Shown here piece by piece: positions 26,901 through 38,789 of a stretch of DNA of 64,000 nucleotides. Origin of the DNA: Balanoglossus misakiensis (lineage: Eukaryota > Animalia > Hemichordata). The stretch lies in the NCBI GenBank assembly GCA_040954595.2, contig CM082583.2, positions 6,446,849 to 6,510,848 on the forward strand, written 5' to 3'. The position numbers and the translations under genes were made by a program. Numbering within the stretch: position 1 is the first letter of the stretch; every line of letters begins with the position of its first letter. A model generated the notes under the pieces. That model saw nothing but the letters and a program-made list of their open reading frames with translations. It searched no databases and had not been told where the DNA came from.

Positions 26901-28109
26901 AGAATATGCCTCGAATCTCTGTTACTTGAACATAAAAGAATAACAAAAGGGTTTCCATCCGTAAAATAGTATTGTTCACGTATATTAATACAGAGTAACA
27001 TATAACAAAAAAGCACAATTTTAACACAGTCTTCATTTAGTTTTGAAATAATAGAATGCAAGATCGTGTAAAGTGATGTAGTAGTTAGTGTACCATTCAA
27101 CCACAGTTGTCATTGTTCCTTACGTGTTGCATGCAACAGTGACTTACTTGAGTTTTCTATAAGAAATTTTCCACATTCTGTATTCCACTTCCAGCAGATG
27201 TTTTTATGATGGTTCGCATATGTTGATGTACTGTGCTGTGAAAACAATTCTGTCTGTAGGAGGTCAAGCATAAAAGAGGAATGGCACCATAAGGAGTATG
27301 CAAGGTCAAGTGTAGATGAGGAGTTATGTATGAATGTTTATTGGAGTTAAAAACATCATGCGTATATGCTTGTCATGTTGTACTTTTTTGAACTTCAACC
27401 AAATACCACCAGCCATACACAAGACGTTTACCTTTAACCCAACCAGAAGTAGCCATGAACAGACTAACTTGTTTGTAACACGTTCGGTCACGCGAAGATT
27501 AGCTTCTTTGGATGGAACCAGGTATTAATATCATCACGCAGTGGCTATACAGTTAGTTTGCACTTTGATTGAAATCAGACGTCATTTTGTGCTGTACTCG
27601 TTGCCGCTCCAGTGAAACTGTGCACCTGAGCGAGTTTGGGTGTCGAAGGTCAAGCGAGGAAGATTAGGGCAGAATCTGATAATCGTTTGACATGTATTGT
27701 GCACGAACAATGACCGTGGTCATTATTCCAGTCCAACGATCATGCGCAAGACTCCGATTTGCTGTGCTTTGCGTGTTGGCAAGACAGGTCGAAGACAAAA
27801 CGATTATAATCATCAGAGTGTGAGAGCTGGGGGCCATTTAGGTTTGGACACTCAGAGAAAAAAAAGATGAAAATCTTCTGTCGTATAAAAGCGTTTATTA
27901 CACCTCACGTATTATGTCGTATTCGTGATTGGCTGAGACGCGCTCACGTGACATAGAGAAAAAAGTGATATAACATGGCTAGAGTTGATAAAGCCCTGTC
28001 GCGTGCGCTGATATAGCCCGCTGGGTTGTTTTTGTGTTCTGCGCACCATTTCTGCGCATCAACAAATTGTCGTTCACAACAAACCCTTTCCCTTTAACGC
28101 ACCACCACT

Positions 28110-29411
28110 ATGGCTTCAAAACGACACGCTGATTTGACACCAGCTCAACTGGATGATATTTTACTTCAAATGGACAGCAAAAACACGAGAGTAGCGACCA
28201 ACAATGCAGTATCCGTTTTCCGAAATTATCTCAGTGCCAAGTACGGATATAGTCACCGGGAGATCGAGACCTTCACAGCGACGACTCTGGACGCAGCCCT
28301 GACTACATTCTACGCTGAAGTGCGAACTCAGAAAGGAGAACTATATACGAACAAGTCTCTTCAATCACTTCGATACGGCATTCAGCGATTTTTCAATCAG
28401 CCACCAATGCGCCGAAATTTCGATATAGTTGATGGCGATGAGTTTTCCAATAGCCGGAAGATGTTTAGTGCAGTTTGCAAGCGACTGAAAAGCCAGGGCA
28501 AAGGAAATGTTGTACACAAACCGGCCATACTCCCGGGCGATCTCGCTAAACTAGCCACCTACTTCAGTCGCTCGAATACCGACGCAACTTTACTTCTGCA
28601 CAAGGTATGGTTCGATATCATGTTGTATTTTTGTCGCCGTGGTAGAGAAGGGCAGCGTGACCTCCGTCCTGAAAACTTTCAGGTTAACACGGACGACCGT
28701 GGGAATAAGTACGTGATCCAAGTTGGGAGCGAGGTGACAAAAAACCACCAATATGATGACGATGGTGTGTCGGGCGGAATCATGTATGCCAACCCCACCA
28801 ATTTATCTCGGTGCCCCGTTCGTACCTACGAACTGTATATTTCGAAGATAAACCGTAAATGCGACGCACTATTTCAACGACCACGCGATAACTACAGTAG
28901 TGACGACGCGCTGTGGTACGAGAACAAACCACTCGGCAAAAATACATTATCGGCGATGATGGCCACTATATCTGCAGCAGCAGAATTAAGTCAACGCTAC
29001 ACAAATCATTGTATTCGTGCCACGTCCATCACACTTCTTAGCGAATCCGGCTTCAACAATAGGCACATCATGAGTGTGAGCCGCCATCGAAACGAAGGGA
29101 GCATCTCCTCCTATGTCAGGGATACGTCAATCCAGCAGAAGAAATTGATGGCAGAAACCCTTTCATCCGCAACAATGACACCATCTGCTGCTGACGAAAC
29201 TGGTGACCACGGTGCAGCCATCGCAACATCAAGCCCCCCACAACAAGCACATCGCTCACCACTTTCATCCATCATTTCGCAGCCTGCTTTCAGTGGTGTG
29301 GCCCAGCCAAATATTAATATACCCGCACCCAAATCAGCTGCAGCATCCCTGTTTGCAGGTGCAACGATCACAGGAGGAAATTTTAACATTTTTCTTGGAC
29401 AAAAACAATGA
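28110..29411 (+). CDS. Tyrosine recombinase (Crypton transposase; DUF3504-type, related to the ZMYM/QRICH1/KCTD1/KIAA1958 domain), 433 aa
   Basis: Candidate catalytic residues in order: R (YFCRRGRE), K (EVTKNHQ), HxxR (TNHCIRATSIT), H (SRHRN), Y (SISSYV). Also family motifs FYAEVRTQKGELY, CPVRTYELY, LFQRP, WYENKPLGKNTL and a C-terminal LFAGATITGGNFNIF tail. Uninterrupted frame with a good start context (actATGG). Confidence 0.9.
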   Translation: MASKRHADLTPAQLDDILLQMDSKNTRVATNNAVSVFRNYLSAKYGYSHREIETFTATTLDAALTTFYAEVRTQKGELYTNKSLQSLRYGIQRFFNQPPMRRNFDIVDGDEFSNSRKMFSAVCKRLKSQGKGNVVHKPAILPGDLAKLATYFSRSNTDATLLLHKVWFDIMLYFCRRGREGQRDLRPENFQVNTDDRGNKYVIQVGSEVTKNHQYDDDGVSGGIMYANPTNLSRCPVRTYELYISKINRKCDALFQRPRDNYSSDDALWYENKPLGKNTLSAMMATISAAAELSQRYTNHCIRATSITLLSESGFNNRHIMSVSRHRNEGSISSYVRDTSIQQKKLMAETLSSATMTPSAADETGDHGAAIATSSPPQQAHRSPLSSIISQPAFSGVAQPNINIPAPKSAAASLFAGATITGGNFNIFLGQKQ

Positions 29412-29560
29412 CAGTATTTATCTTTTGTGAAATATGCCCAGTACGTTTATTGTTGGTTTATTGTTGTTTCGTGTTTGGCCATTAAACTGTTGTGGTAATA
29501 TAAATCCTGACTGTGTGATATTGTCTTGTATGCTGTGTGAATGTTCGGTGTAATAAAATA

Positions 29561-29741
29561 AATAACACATGATAGCGAGGGCAATATCACAATTTGTTGC
29601 CTGCCCTCGGGCTGGTGACCATGACCGAAATATTGATGATGCCCTCGCCTTCGGCTCGGGCATCATCAATATTTCGGTCATGGTCACCAACCCTTGGGCA
29701 GGCAACAAATTGTGATATTGCCCTCGCTATCATGTGTTATT
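29561..29741. repeat. Long near-perfect palindrome: 84-bp arms, 13-nt centre TCGCCTTCGGCTC
   Basis: Left arm 29561-29644 is the reverse complement of right arm 29658-29741, with 3 mismatches clustered at ~29607-29612 / ~29690-29695. Confidence 0.95.
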
Positions 29742-32227
29742 ATTTAAATATTCTCCCGGCGAGAGACAGTTATCGCCAGCTAGATCCTGAACTCCCAGCC
29801 TCTATACCATGCATAGAGTCATTGAGCTCATGGGTCGTCATCATTGATTCGACTGTTCATCAATATTACGAAATACCAATGTTGCATGCTTTGTATTTTA
29901 TATGAAAATTTGTTCATCAGAAATATGTAATCAACGGAACATTGCATCCAATTTACTGAATCATTGTGTCATGCTGTTTCGATATGCAGTGATCATATCT
30001 TCCCCCTGCGGCGTATCACACAATTTCAAGCATTTAAATACGTGGCAACAGTCAACCCATCCATCGATGTCAGTCTGAATACCTTCGGATGATATCAGTT
30101 TTCTCCGCTTTTTGCATACCACGGTTCTGTGATCGCGTCCAAGGGACATCACTTTAATGTTAGGGGTTTCGTAAACCGTACCGTTCAAGTTTGACGGATA
30201 CTAGAACGGCCGCGTATTGGCTCATCGCCCCAGTCTCGCCCGTTTGGACGGCATTATACTTTATTTCTCGCAAGCCCCCAGAGCACTTGGCAGAAAGGTT
30301 TGCGCTGGTGGATTGTTAAGGGGTGTATTATGTGAAGAATATCGTGTAACAGCTGGGCTGAACTTTGAAGGCAAGGGTTACAGCAGGTTATCACAGCATC
30401 AATGATCGGCTCGTTTGTGGTTGTCATATAGTTAAGTACTTGAAGATCACAAGTTTATCATAGCACAGTTAGTCTACAAAGTGAAATGATCTTCATTAAA
30501 GGATTCTAGGACAGTTACCCCGGGTTATTGCTGTTACTGCAAGTTGCATGTCATGACACGTCGACATAACTTGAACGACTCGCTCATGAAATCACCTGAT
30601 CCGAAATGGCAACACCAGAACTATTCCGCACGCAGAACTTTATTACTGAACACATACATGTAGTGTGATAGTACATCGAAATAACTGTGTACATCGTGTT
30701 TGTTACTTCACAAAGATAATTTCAAAGAAATTAACGTTTGCGCTTACTTCTACTGGCAAATAACAACCCAGTATACACCGTCTCCATAAGACTGACACCA
30801 TTGAAATGTTCAAGACAGAGATACACTTTTAATGCTTAAAGAAAACCGTTACATAGGTCATGTTGTGTTGAACAGGGAAAAAATTAGTCATCGCTGTAAC
30901 TACGCTTAGTTCCATCAAGACGCACCAAAGCTTTTTGTTCAGTTTTATTTTTTCAAATCACAATTCTTGCCCATCATTTCCAAGTTGTAAAGATTTCATC
31001 TGGACATGAGATTGATTTCATAAGCTTAAAACATTTCCATACTTTCTTTAATCCGCTTTGGACTATAGTGTAAGTTGCAGCCACCGCGTCGCCAACGAGC
31101 CACCGTTAGTAATTTCACTTTTGATATGTACCAGTAATCGTCATAGCGTTGCTTTGGCGAAACACCGTTATTAGAGGCCCACCAACAAGAATATCCCACG
31201 GTTACTATTTGCAAACGTTAATCCGTTCGCCGGGGATGTTTGGGCCTTACTATAATCTGGCAGCATAGCAAATGGCGACGGAGGAACGTTTGACAGGTGG
31301 TTGGTTGGTAACAGTATAAAACGCAGTTGCCATTGCTGATATAACTGCATGCGTTACTTAACTGAACCACTCCCAACTCGCACCGTGTTCCAAATCAAAG
31401 ATCTGGCCTGATGAAGAACGATGGCGCGAGTTTTATATAATGTGATTTATTACTTTGAGCTTATTTGACTTGGTATCATTCTCGTCTAAAGCACGATCAG
31501 ATGGCCTGTGCGAAACAATGAGCCATCGGCGGTGTACTTGTCCGAAACGAGGCAAGCGGTAAATTGGTGCCGTGGCGTTTACAGTGCGTTGCTAATGTCG
31601 TTATTTTTATTCAGTGCACAAATAGTCACCTCAGATTCACGACGAGCGAATACATCAATAGCTAACTACTCCGAGAAGAAATGTTGAATAAAGAAGAAAA
31701 CATTAATTCATCAATACCGCCATAATGCAACACAGAAAAATCAACGTGAAACCGGAAGAAAACTTCGTGCGTACCTTTCTTGCAGACTTCAGTAAACTCA
31801 GAATTTCTTTAAAAGGGAATACACTTTCTCTGCTATAATCGATTTTTTAGCAACTTTTGACATGTTGGAACGTTTGCACTACAGTTACTAAAACAGATAT
31901 AATTGTATCGTCTCACGTTTTACTATAGAAGGGACAATCGACTTGTATTTTACGGACTTCGAACCCACACTAATACCGCACAAATTCACGTAGCACTTAA
32001 CGCATTTCAACGGAAGCGTTGAAGAGCTAATGTATGCCAGTGCTCCGTGTAACATTGTTTAAGCCACTATAGAAATAATCTCGTTACGGCTAATTGACTT
32101 CAAAGCCTGTCTTAGACAACATATGTATGCAAGATAATGCTATAAAGGTAATTGGGGGCGTGAAATTATTTCCATATAACATGAAAGTTAGATGTCTGTA
32201 GAGCATACACCGATAAAGGTTATAGAG

Positions 32228-33745
32228 TTAGCACTCTGCCGGGTTGGCCGAGAATTCGCGCAGCGGAACGCCACCGTCTGTGTCACCTGGGAATACCTGC
32301 GGCGCTGCTGTGTCTGTCTCTTCGGGATATTTACGTGTGAATTTCATACTCTCGTCACTTTGCTGGTCGCTTCCCTTCGCGCCGGGTAAACCAAGCCTGT
32401 GATTTGGCTCGGAGGGTTTCGCTAATGAATTCTCTTGTGGCTGTTGAAAGGCGCGATTATCATACGCCGCCACGTCGGCAGTGTTCGATGCTGATTCGGA
32501 GCCGGAGGTGTAGTACCTGCTGTTTTGCCGCTCGCTTCTCGCCAGCCTTTGACTTACATTAGTTTGGTGAGTGCTCGATGCGTACATGCTCCTCCTCCGT
32601 TTGCCTCCTCTGCAGAGAAACAGGCGGATGACGTTCTCTTTAAAGTTCCTGCCGACGAAGGTGTATATTAGTGGATTAATTGCACTATTTCCGTAACTCA
32701 AGCAAATGCCGACGTAATGGGCCACTGTACCCGCAAATGAGATCTCCCCGGGTTCGGCGAAAAATGTGTAGTACAGCTGAGTGGCGTAGAATGGGAGCCA
32801 GCATGTGGCGAATATAATAACCGCGGTTATGATCAGAATGGCCACCCTTCTGGAACTCTTTTTGACGCCGCCCCTCTCACCAGGCTGCTTGTTCGTCAAG
32901 ACGAGACGAAGAATGGAGAAGTAGCAGACGCTGATCACAAGAAGCGGCAGCGCGTAGCCGACGGCGAATGCGTACGCCACGAAGGCCCGGTACACACTCC
33001 GCGGCCAAGTGAGAGTGCAGCCAATCTCCCCGGTATATTCGTGCTGAAATGTTTCCGAGTATATCCAGAGGGGCAGGCAGACCAGCGTGGACATGGCCCA
33101 CATCAGTATACAGACCGCGCGCGTGTTGCGCAGAATCCTGAACCTGAGAGACTTGATGGGGTGGATGAAAGCGAGATACCTGTCCAAGCTCATGGCAGTG
33201 AGAAGGAAAACCCCGGTGAATTGGTTCATGCCGTCAAAGGACAGCACGAACTTGCACAGGGGGGAACCGAAGATCCATTTGTGCGTGGTAAACTGATACG
33301 CCAAGAAGGGTATGGTCAGCATGAAGAGGAAGTCCGCGATGGCAAGGTTCAGGATGTACACGTTCGGGAGGGTCTTCATGTTCGAGTACTGCGTGATTAC
33401 CAAAATGACCAGCAGGTTACCCACGAGGCCACAAAGGCACGTCAGACCGTAGAAGACCGGCACCGCGACAGTGATGACGGCGAAAAAGTCTTGCCACCAA
33501 GCAGGGAAAGGAGAGGTGCCACCGGCGTCCGTTGTGTTGCTTGCCGGCGACGTTTCGTTTAAAGTCGACGAGACATTCCAAAGACGCGCCGAGAAGTTGA
33601 ATAATTTAGCTGTCGTGTCCGCCACGGACGTCATCGTGGTGGAAACTTCTGCATGGCACTGTGAAGCCAGCCTCTCCAAACTGGTATCATTTCCGAAGAA
33701 GTCGGTTGCATTTGAGGCAGCACACGCTAACAGGCTCTCAGTCAT
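32228..33745 (-). CDS. SSTR: Somatostatin/allatostatin-C receptor-like class A GPCR (paralog 2), intronless, 505 aa
   Basis: Seven TM segments: YSNMKTLPNVYILNLAIADFLFMLTIPF, CKFVLSFDGMNQFTGVFLLTAMSLDRY, CWLPFY, YGNSAINPLIY. TM1-TM3 and TM7 are nearly identical to paralog 1. Start context accATG. Confidence 0.92.
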   Translation of the reverse strand: MTESLLACAASNATDFFGNDTSLERLASQCHAEVSTTMTSVADTTAKLFNFSARLWNVSSTLNETSPASNTTDAGGTSPFPAWWQDFFAVITVAVPVFYGLTCLCGLVGNLLVILVITQYSNMKTLPNVYILNLAIADFLFMLTIPFLAYQFTTHKWIFGSPLCKFVLSFDGMNQFTGVFLLTAMSLDRYLAFIHPIKSLRFRILRNTRAVCILMWAMSTLVCLPLWIYSETFQHEYTGEIGCTLTWPRSVYRAFVAYAFAVGYALPLLVISVCYFSILRLVLTNKQPGERGGVKKSSRRVAILIITAVIIFATCWLPFYATQLYYTFFAEPGEISFAGTVAHYVGICLSYGNSAINPLIYTFVGRNFKENVIRLFLCRGGKRRRSMYASSTHQTNVSQRLARSERQNSRYYTSGSESASNTADVAAYDNRAFQQPQENSLAKPSEPNHRLGLPGAKGSDQQSDESMKFTRKYPEETDTAAPQVFPGDTDGGVPLREFSANPAEC

Positions 33746-36700
33746 GGTTGTAGTACTTCAGTATATTATTTTCGTCAGCTCAGCAGCGCTCACCTCTGAT
33801 CACAAAGCTTTGGCGTATTGCACAATGAAAGCACTTTTTTCCTCCAAATGGACGCCCACACTCATGTGTCAGCATTTTTATCCCACTCGTCTGGGCCATG
33901 GCTCTCTCCTGCCTCGAAGTTATACCCGGGACCAATCCATTCACCAATGGGGTGGACAAGGAGTCGCCCAATTGGTCGTTTGATTTTTGCGACTGAGCTA
34001 TTGCCCAGTTTGCATGGAAATGAAATAACTGAGTCTAAAACAAGCAACTGTCCACTATAGTAGAATAATATAATACTATCAATTAGCATCTTCAATTAGT
34101 TTTGTTAATTCTCAGATCAGCGTGTGTCTACTGTACCTGAAGTAACCAATGACACCCCCTGTCGGTTTAATTGGATAGTTTTATATGTATATGTGTATAT
34201 GTTTATTATTATATGTTAATTTTACGGTAAAATGCAGAAATTTTACCTTGACTTTGCACGTCATAATTCAAAGGGGGATAGCAACGCGGAAGGCGAAAAA
34301 AAAATCATTATCCTCTCGTCCCGGAGTATGTAGTAATTGGCTCAGAAATGATAAATGTTGCTGTTCAAACGGTGACAAATGATTGTGTTTGGAGATAGTG
34401 AAATTAATCGATGTTAATCTTCGATACAGCCCACGGTAATAATTAGAGCAAATAATTACTCCGCGTTGTAAAGATGTGCCCGCGCCACGAAAGTATTCCG
34501 CGGGAGAGAATAAATTGGACAACCGTTAATCCGATTTAAGTTGTAAATTTATGAAGACCGTTTTAGCTCACAAATTATTTCAAAATACATAAATTGAGAT
34601 TGAAAACGTGTTACGTATTACGATATTATGTGTTTTTCTCGTAATCTTTTAGCTCGTGTTTGTCGTGACTTGAGGTAATACAGCGCTATAGTATGTATTC
34701 ATTATTGAAGGTTTTCACTCCAATACGACAGGTGATTAATTGGCGAAAAAACTGTTATTAGCAAGATAATTCTCATGGTTTCCTCTTAAGGTAGAATTGA
34801 TTCACTCCCGAGATACCTTGTCTAGAAAATTACGTTCCTAAAAATCTGCACCCGTCCTTTGCTGCATTTCATGAAAACGTGTGTCGAATCATATTTGAAA
34901 GCACTGGGTAACTTTGTATGATATTGTCCATTTCAAGTTCGTCTTCCAAACATACTGACTCGGCCTACGAACTTATGTTAAAAAAGTCTGGTGGTAATAG
35001 TCAATGAAGCTTTGGATATCGGTATGTCTCAGTTATAAATGTCTCATTCATTAAAATAGAAGCGAACTCACCTGCCAAAAAGTGGATAACCTTTGACCCT
35101 GACACGACACCGAACCGTTCTTCCTCAAAACAAATTATTTTCTCGGCACCACAATAGATTATACTCGCAGTGGAATTCCAGTACAGTGGTAATGACGCGT
35201 CGCAGCTTCTGCTAAGCTTGCAAATCTCGGATTTGAGTCCGAGTCCTACCTCTCCCCACATCATGTTTCAACGCGCAAGAAATGTTGGTCGAATAAATCC
35301 CTTTAATTGCGTAAGGCCTGCGGGAGATTGCCGTCACCCACGGTTCCGATTTAGTCTGAAACAGATGTTTAGGACTGACAGTCATTTCAACGATTTGTGT
35401 ACAACAACGTCAGTGAGCTTCTCAAGTAACAAATAAACGGAGAAAGAATGGCAAGGTGATTTGGAAGGCTTTATCAGATTTCCAATCAGTGTTTTTTAGT
35501 CCTACGCAGGTGCTCGGTGGAATTCACAGCGCGTTGACAGATTGGGATTACCGCCCATGGGTATAACATTGTAATTTGATTTTCTAGCGTTAGGTCACGA
35601 TCATGTCGTAACAGCGAATCAAAATTCATGACAATACTATCACGCTATGTCTCCGGCCTTGCCAGTTCCTAATATAACGCCGTAGATGTCATAAAAACTA
35701 ATAATTTTTGGTCGCAAAATCATAAAACCGATCATCCGCGGGTCAATATAAACTGTGTCACTTTGCATTAGTGTCAAATGAACAGCTTTGCTTGACAAAT
35801 TATCACCAAAGGATTGGTGAAAAGTTATACATGTAATAACTGTATTTATTAGATGTTCCAGCAAAACACATCTCCATCTGAAATATTTTGGTGACAGCTT
35901 GATTGCCAGACAGATATTTGAACAGAGCTTATAAGCGGGACTAACTATTCAATAGTAAACAAAACTCAAACTCAAAAGTCTCAAAACCGCTTCGCAATGC
36001 GTCACGTTTCCAACTTAAATAAAATATGCCAACACATTTAATGGTGTACATGTATATATGCACTTCACGATACTTTCGCAGAACCTAGTCATACCAGCTA
36101 CAAAACCCCCATATCTTAAAAAGGAACGCGTTCTTGAATCCTACGGAATGTGTATAAAATACACACAAAAGTTTATCGCTGTCTGCAGCAATAACAATAG
36201 GCATTGTTAGCGTTGTTATGCTGGCAGTCATAATTTTATTATAACATTGCCCAGCAAAGACCAGAGGCATGTCGACATTAATATATGTTGTAAAAAACGA
36301 TCAATAACTCCTTTCTAGTTCACTACTTGTACGTCTTATCAAAACAATTCAGCCGCAAATCGGGGTAATTGGGTCTAAATTAATCGCTCCTCATCACGCA
36401 GTAGCGTTGTTGTCAACATATCCCTGGGCGAACCGTGTCGAGCATTCGTTATTCCGTTCACGATCAGACACGATTAACTTTTAAAGAGGCAAAATGAAGA
36501 ATACCGTGAAGGATGCCATTTCTGTTCATCGTCCCCTCGCCTACTTCAGACCAGTCCGCAAATATTTGACTGCGTAATGGCGCTGATAACTCTAAAGGGG
36601 CATAGTGAGGCATAGAAATAGTGGGCCGTTTTATATACTCCGCATTCTGAAACCTAACTGTGGCGGACAAATATTTACAAAACTCTCTGTATTCCAAAGA

Positions 36701-37924
36701 ACTTAATACAACGAAAGAACTATTCTTTTCTCGAGTTTGCGCTTAGATCACCCGGCAAATAATTCTAAGCCTAGAGCAAGTCAGGGTTATGGGGAGGCGA
36801 CCCTCCAAACCCGTTTAAGTGTTCCACTGATGGCTTGCCCACTGCAAGCACATCAGCTTTGTCTTTGATATACCGAATAGCCGACAGCGAACAATGTCTC
36901 CAGTCTAAATCACATTTCATTTTGTCTGTTTTGCACGAGACAAAGTGGAAAAGCGGGTTGCAAACCGTAGGGAAATAATCAAATTTGCAAGCTTTCGGTG
37001 AGACCTTTCTTTATGCAAAGATGGAAAACCAACTTTGTACAGTCGATGTGAGGAAGACACACAGCAATAGAAACGAACGCCTTGTCTGTGAATTACTTGT
37101 ACATTTACCAGGCTGCAACAGTTGTGTGATAAAAAATTCGTCTGGTTCGCTTATGTTCTCGTAATATCGATTATATAAGCAAACGACTGAGCCGTTTTGA
37201 CTAATGTCTTTAAAACTTACAAAAAGCTACAGTTCCAGGTTTAAAATATTTAGTACTCACTGTGCACATAGAAATGCACATTGCTCATCCTGGAGCTATT
37301 ACAACTACTCCATTTGTCTTTTAGTAGGCTTTTCCAAGAAACGATGATAAATTGGCTCATCATAGTCCGTATCATTTATGCAAAGGTTTTGCATTTCCCT
37401 GCAAGAATACGACTGGATTTACTATGCATAATTTTAAGTGGCAAACACGTTCTCTCGTTTTGTATTCCCAAGCTACTTTTCCCCGCAGACTGATCATTTA
37501 CTGTCAGTTGTAAGGGTTCGATCCACACCCCGCGGATTGATACACTCCGCGATCCACGGAATCTATGAATCCTTAGGGGGCCTGGCGACCTTCCATGAGA
37601 TGAAAGTATCACCCTGGAGTCTCACAGGATATTTCTGGATAAACGTCCCTAGAAATGAATGAGTGGATTTCCTTGATCGGCAACCTATTAGTATTACACG
37701 GGGCTGATTGCAAAGGAGACTAACAGTATATAATGTACATGTAGTCGTCCTCCTAATACATGAGTGAGACCGTTTTAAAGACACAATGAAGTAACGCGCC
37801 CAGGGTCATTAGGGTCAAAGCAGTTGACAGGGTTGTCAAGCTGCTGTAAATGCCACTTGCTGGCAGCGTATCACATCACTTAGATAATTAATACTGCTTG
37901 TTAACATCAACATTTAGTTGTTCT

Positions 37925-38090
<166 letters not shown>

Positions 38091-38789
38091 GCGACATCTG
38101 CTACATTTTTGGCGAGTCTGCAAGAAAAGTCTGTCTGATGTTACATCTGTCTGAGCAACAACGCAGACACAACTAGTACCTCTTATGCATTAAGCATTTA
38201 AGAATGGGTTCTATTCAGTACTAATGGGACATTTCAGAGTTCTTTAAAGACTGAGATAACTGTTTTTGAGGAGCAATACTCGTGGCGACTTAAGGTCTAC
38301 GATCTGTTGCATGCATTCAACGCTTTGACTTCTTGGCCTTTTATTTCTAACATATGTCTGAAGAGGAATCTATAGTATCTCTAAGAAGGAGGTTAACTCT
38401 TCAGATGTTCTGAAATGAGAACAGGAAAAGCTTACTCAAAAGGGAATTCTTTCTTACTGTGTGCTTTTTGTCTTTCATCACTAAGCATGTCAATCGAACC
38501 TGAGTAACCCCATTGAGATAAGATGAGCTCGCGACAACACTTGTGAAATTACCTTAGTTGCTAGGGGATACGAAGAGAGGGGGGAGATTAAGGCGAGTGA
38601 AACATAAACAAAGAAAATCAAAAGTAAACGCCTGACTACTGCAGGAGAAGTGAGTCGTGCCGCCAATGTTTAGAAGACTAGTTTTTAAGACGTGTTCCAA
38701 TACATGGTGAAGCCATGAAGACCGATTCAACAGACATTATATACCCCAAATGCAAAAATGGCGTCAATTTGGGGTCGCATCAATGCTGG

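Larger units (their letters stand above)
27895..29745 (+). mobile_element. Crypton-type tyrosine-recombinase DNA transposon, apparently full-length
   Basis: Single YR ORF (28110-29411). The 5' terminal arm TTATTACACC (27895-27904) is inverted at 29547-29556 (GGTGTAATAA). There is a 3' palindrome at 29561-29741. No classical TSD is visible. Ends were inferred from repeat geometry. Confidence 0.8.

Noticed and set aside
29418-29905. Two opposite-strand ORFs with near-identical N-termini (MLPAxGLVTMTEILMMP)
   Set aside because: A direct consequence of the 181-bp palindrome; non-ATG starts and no protein-like features.
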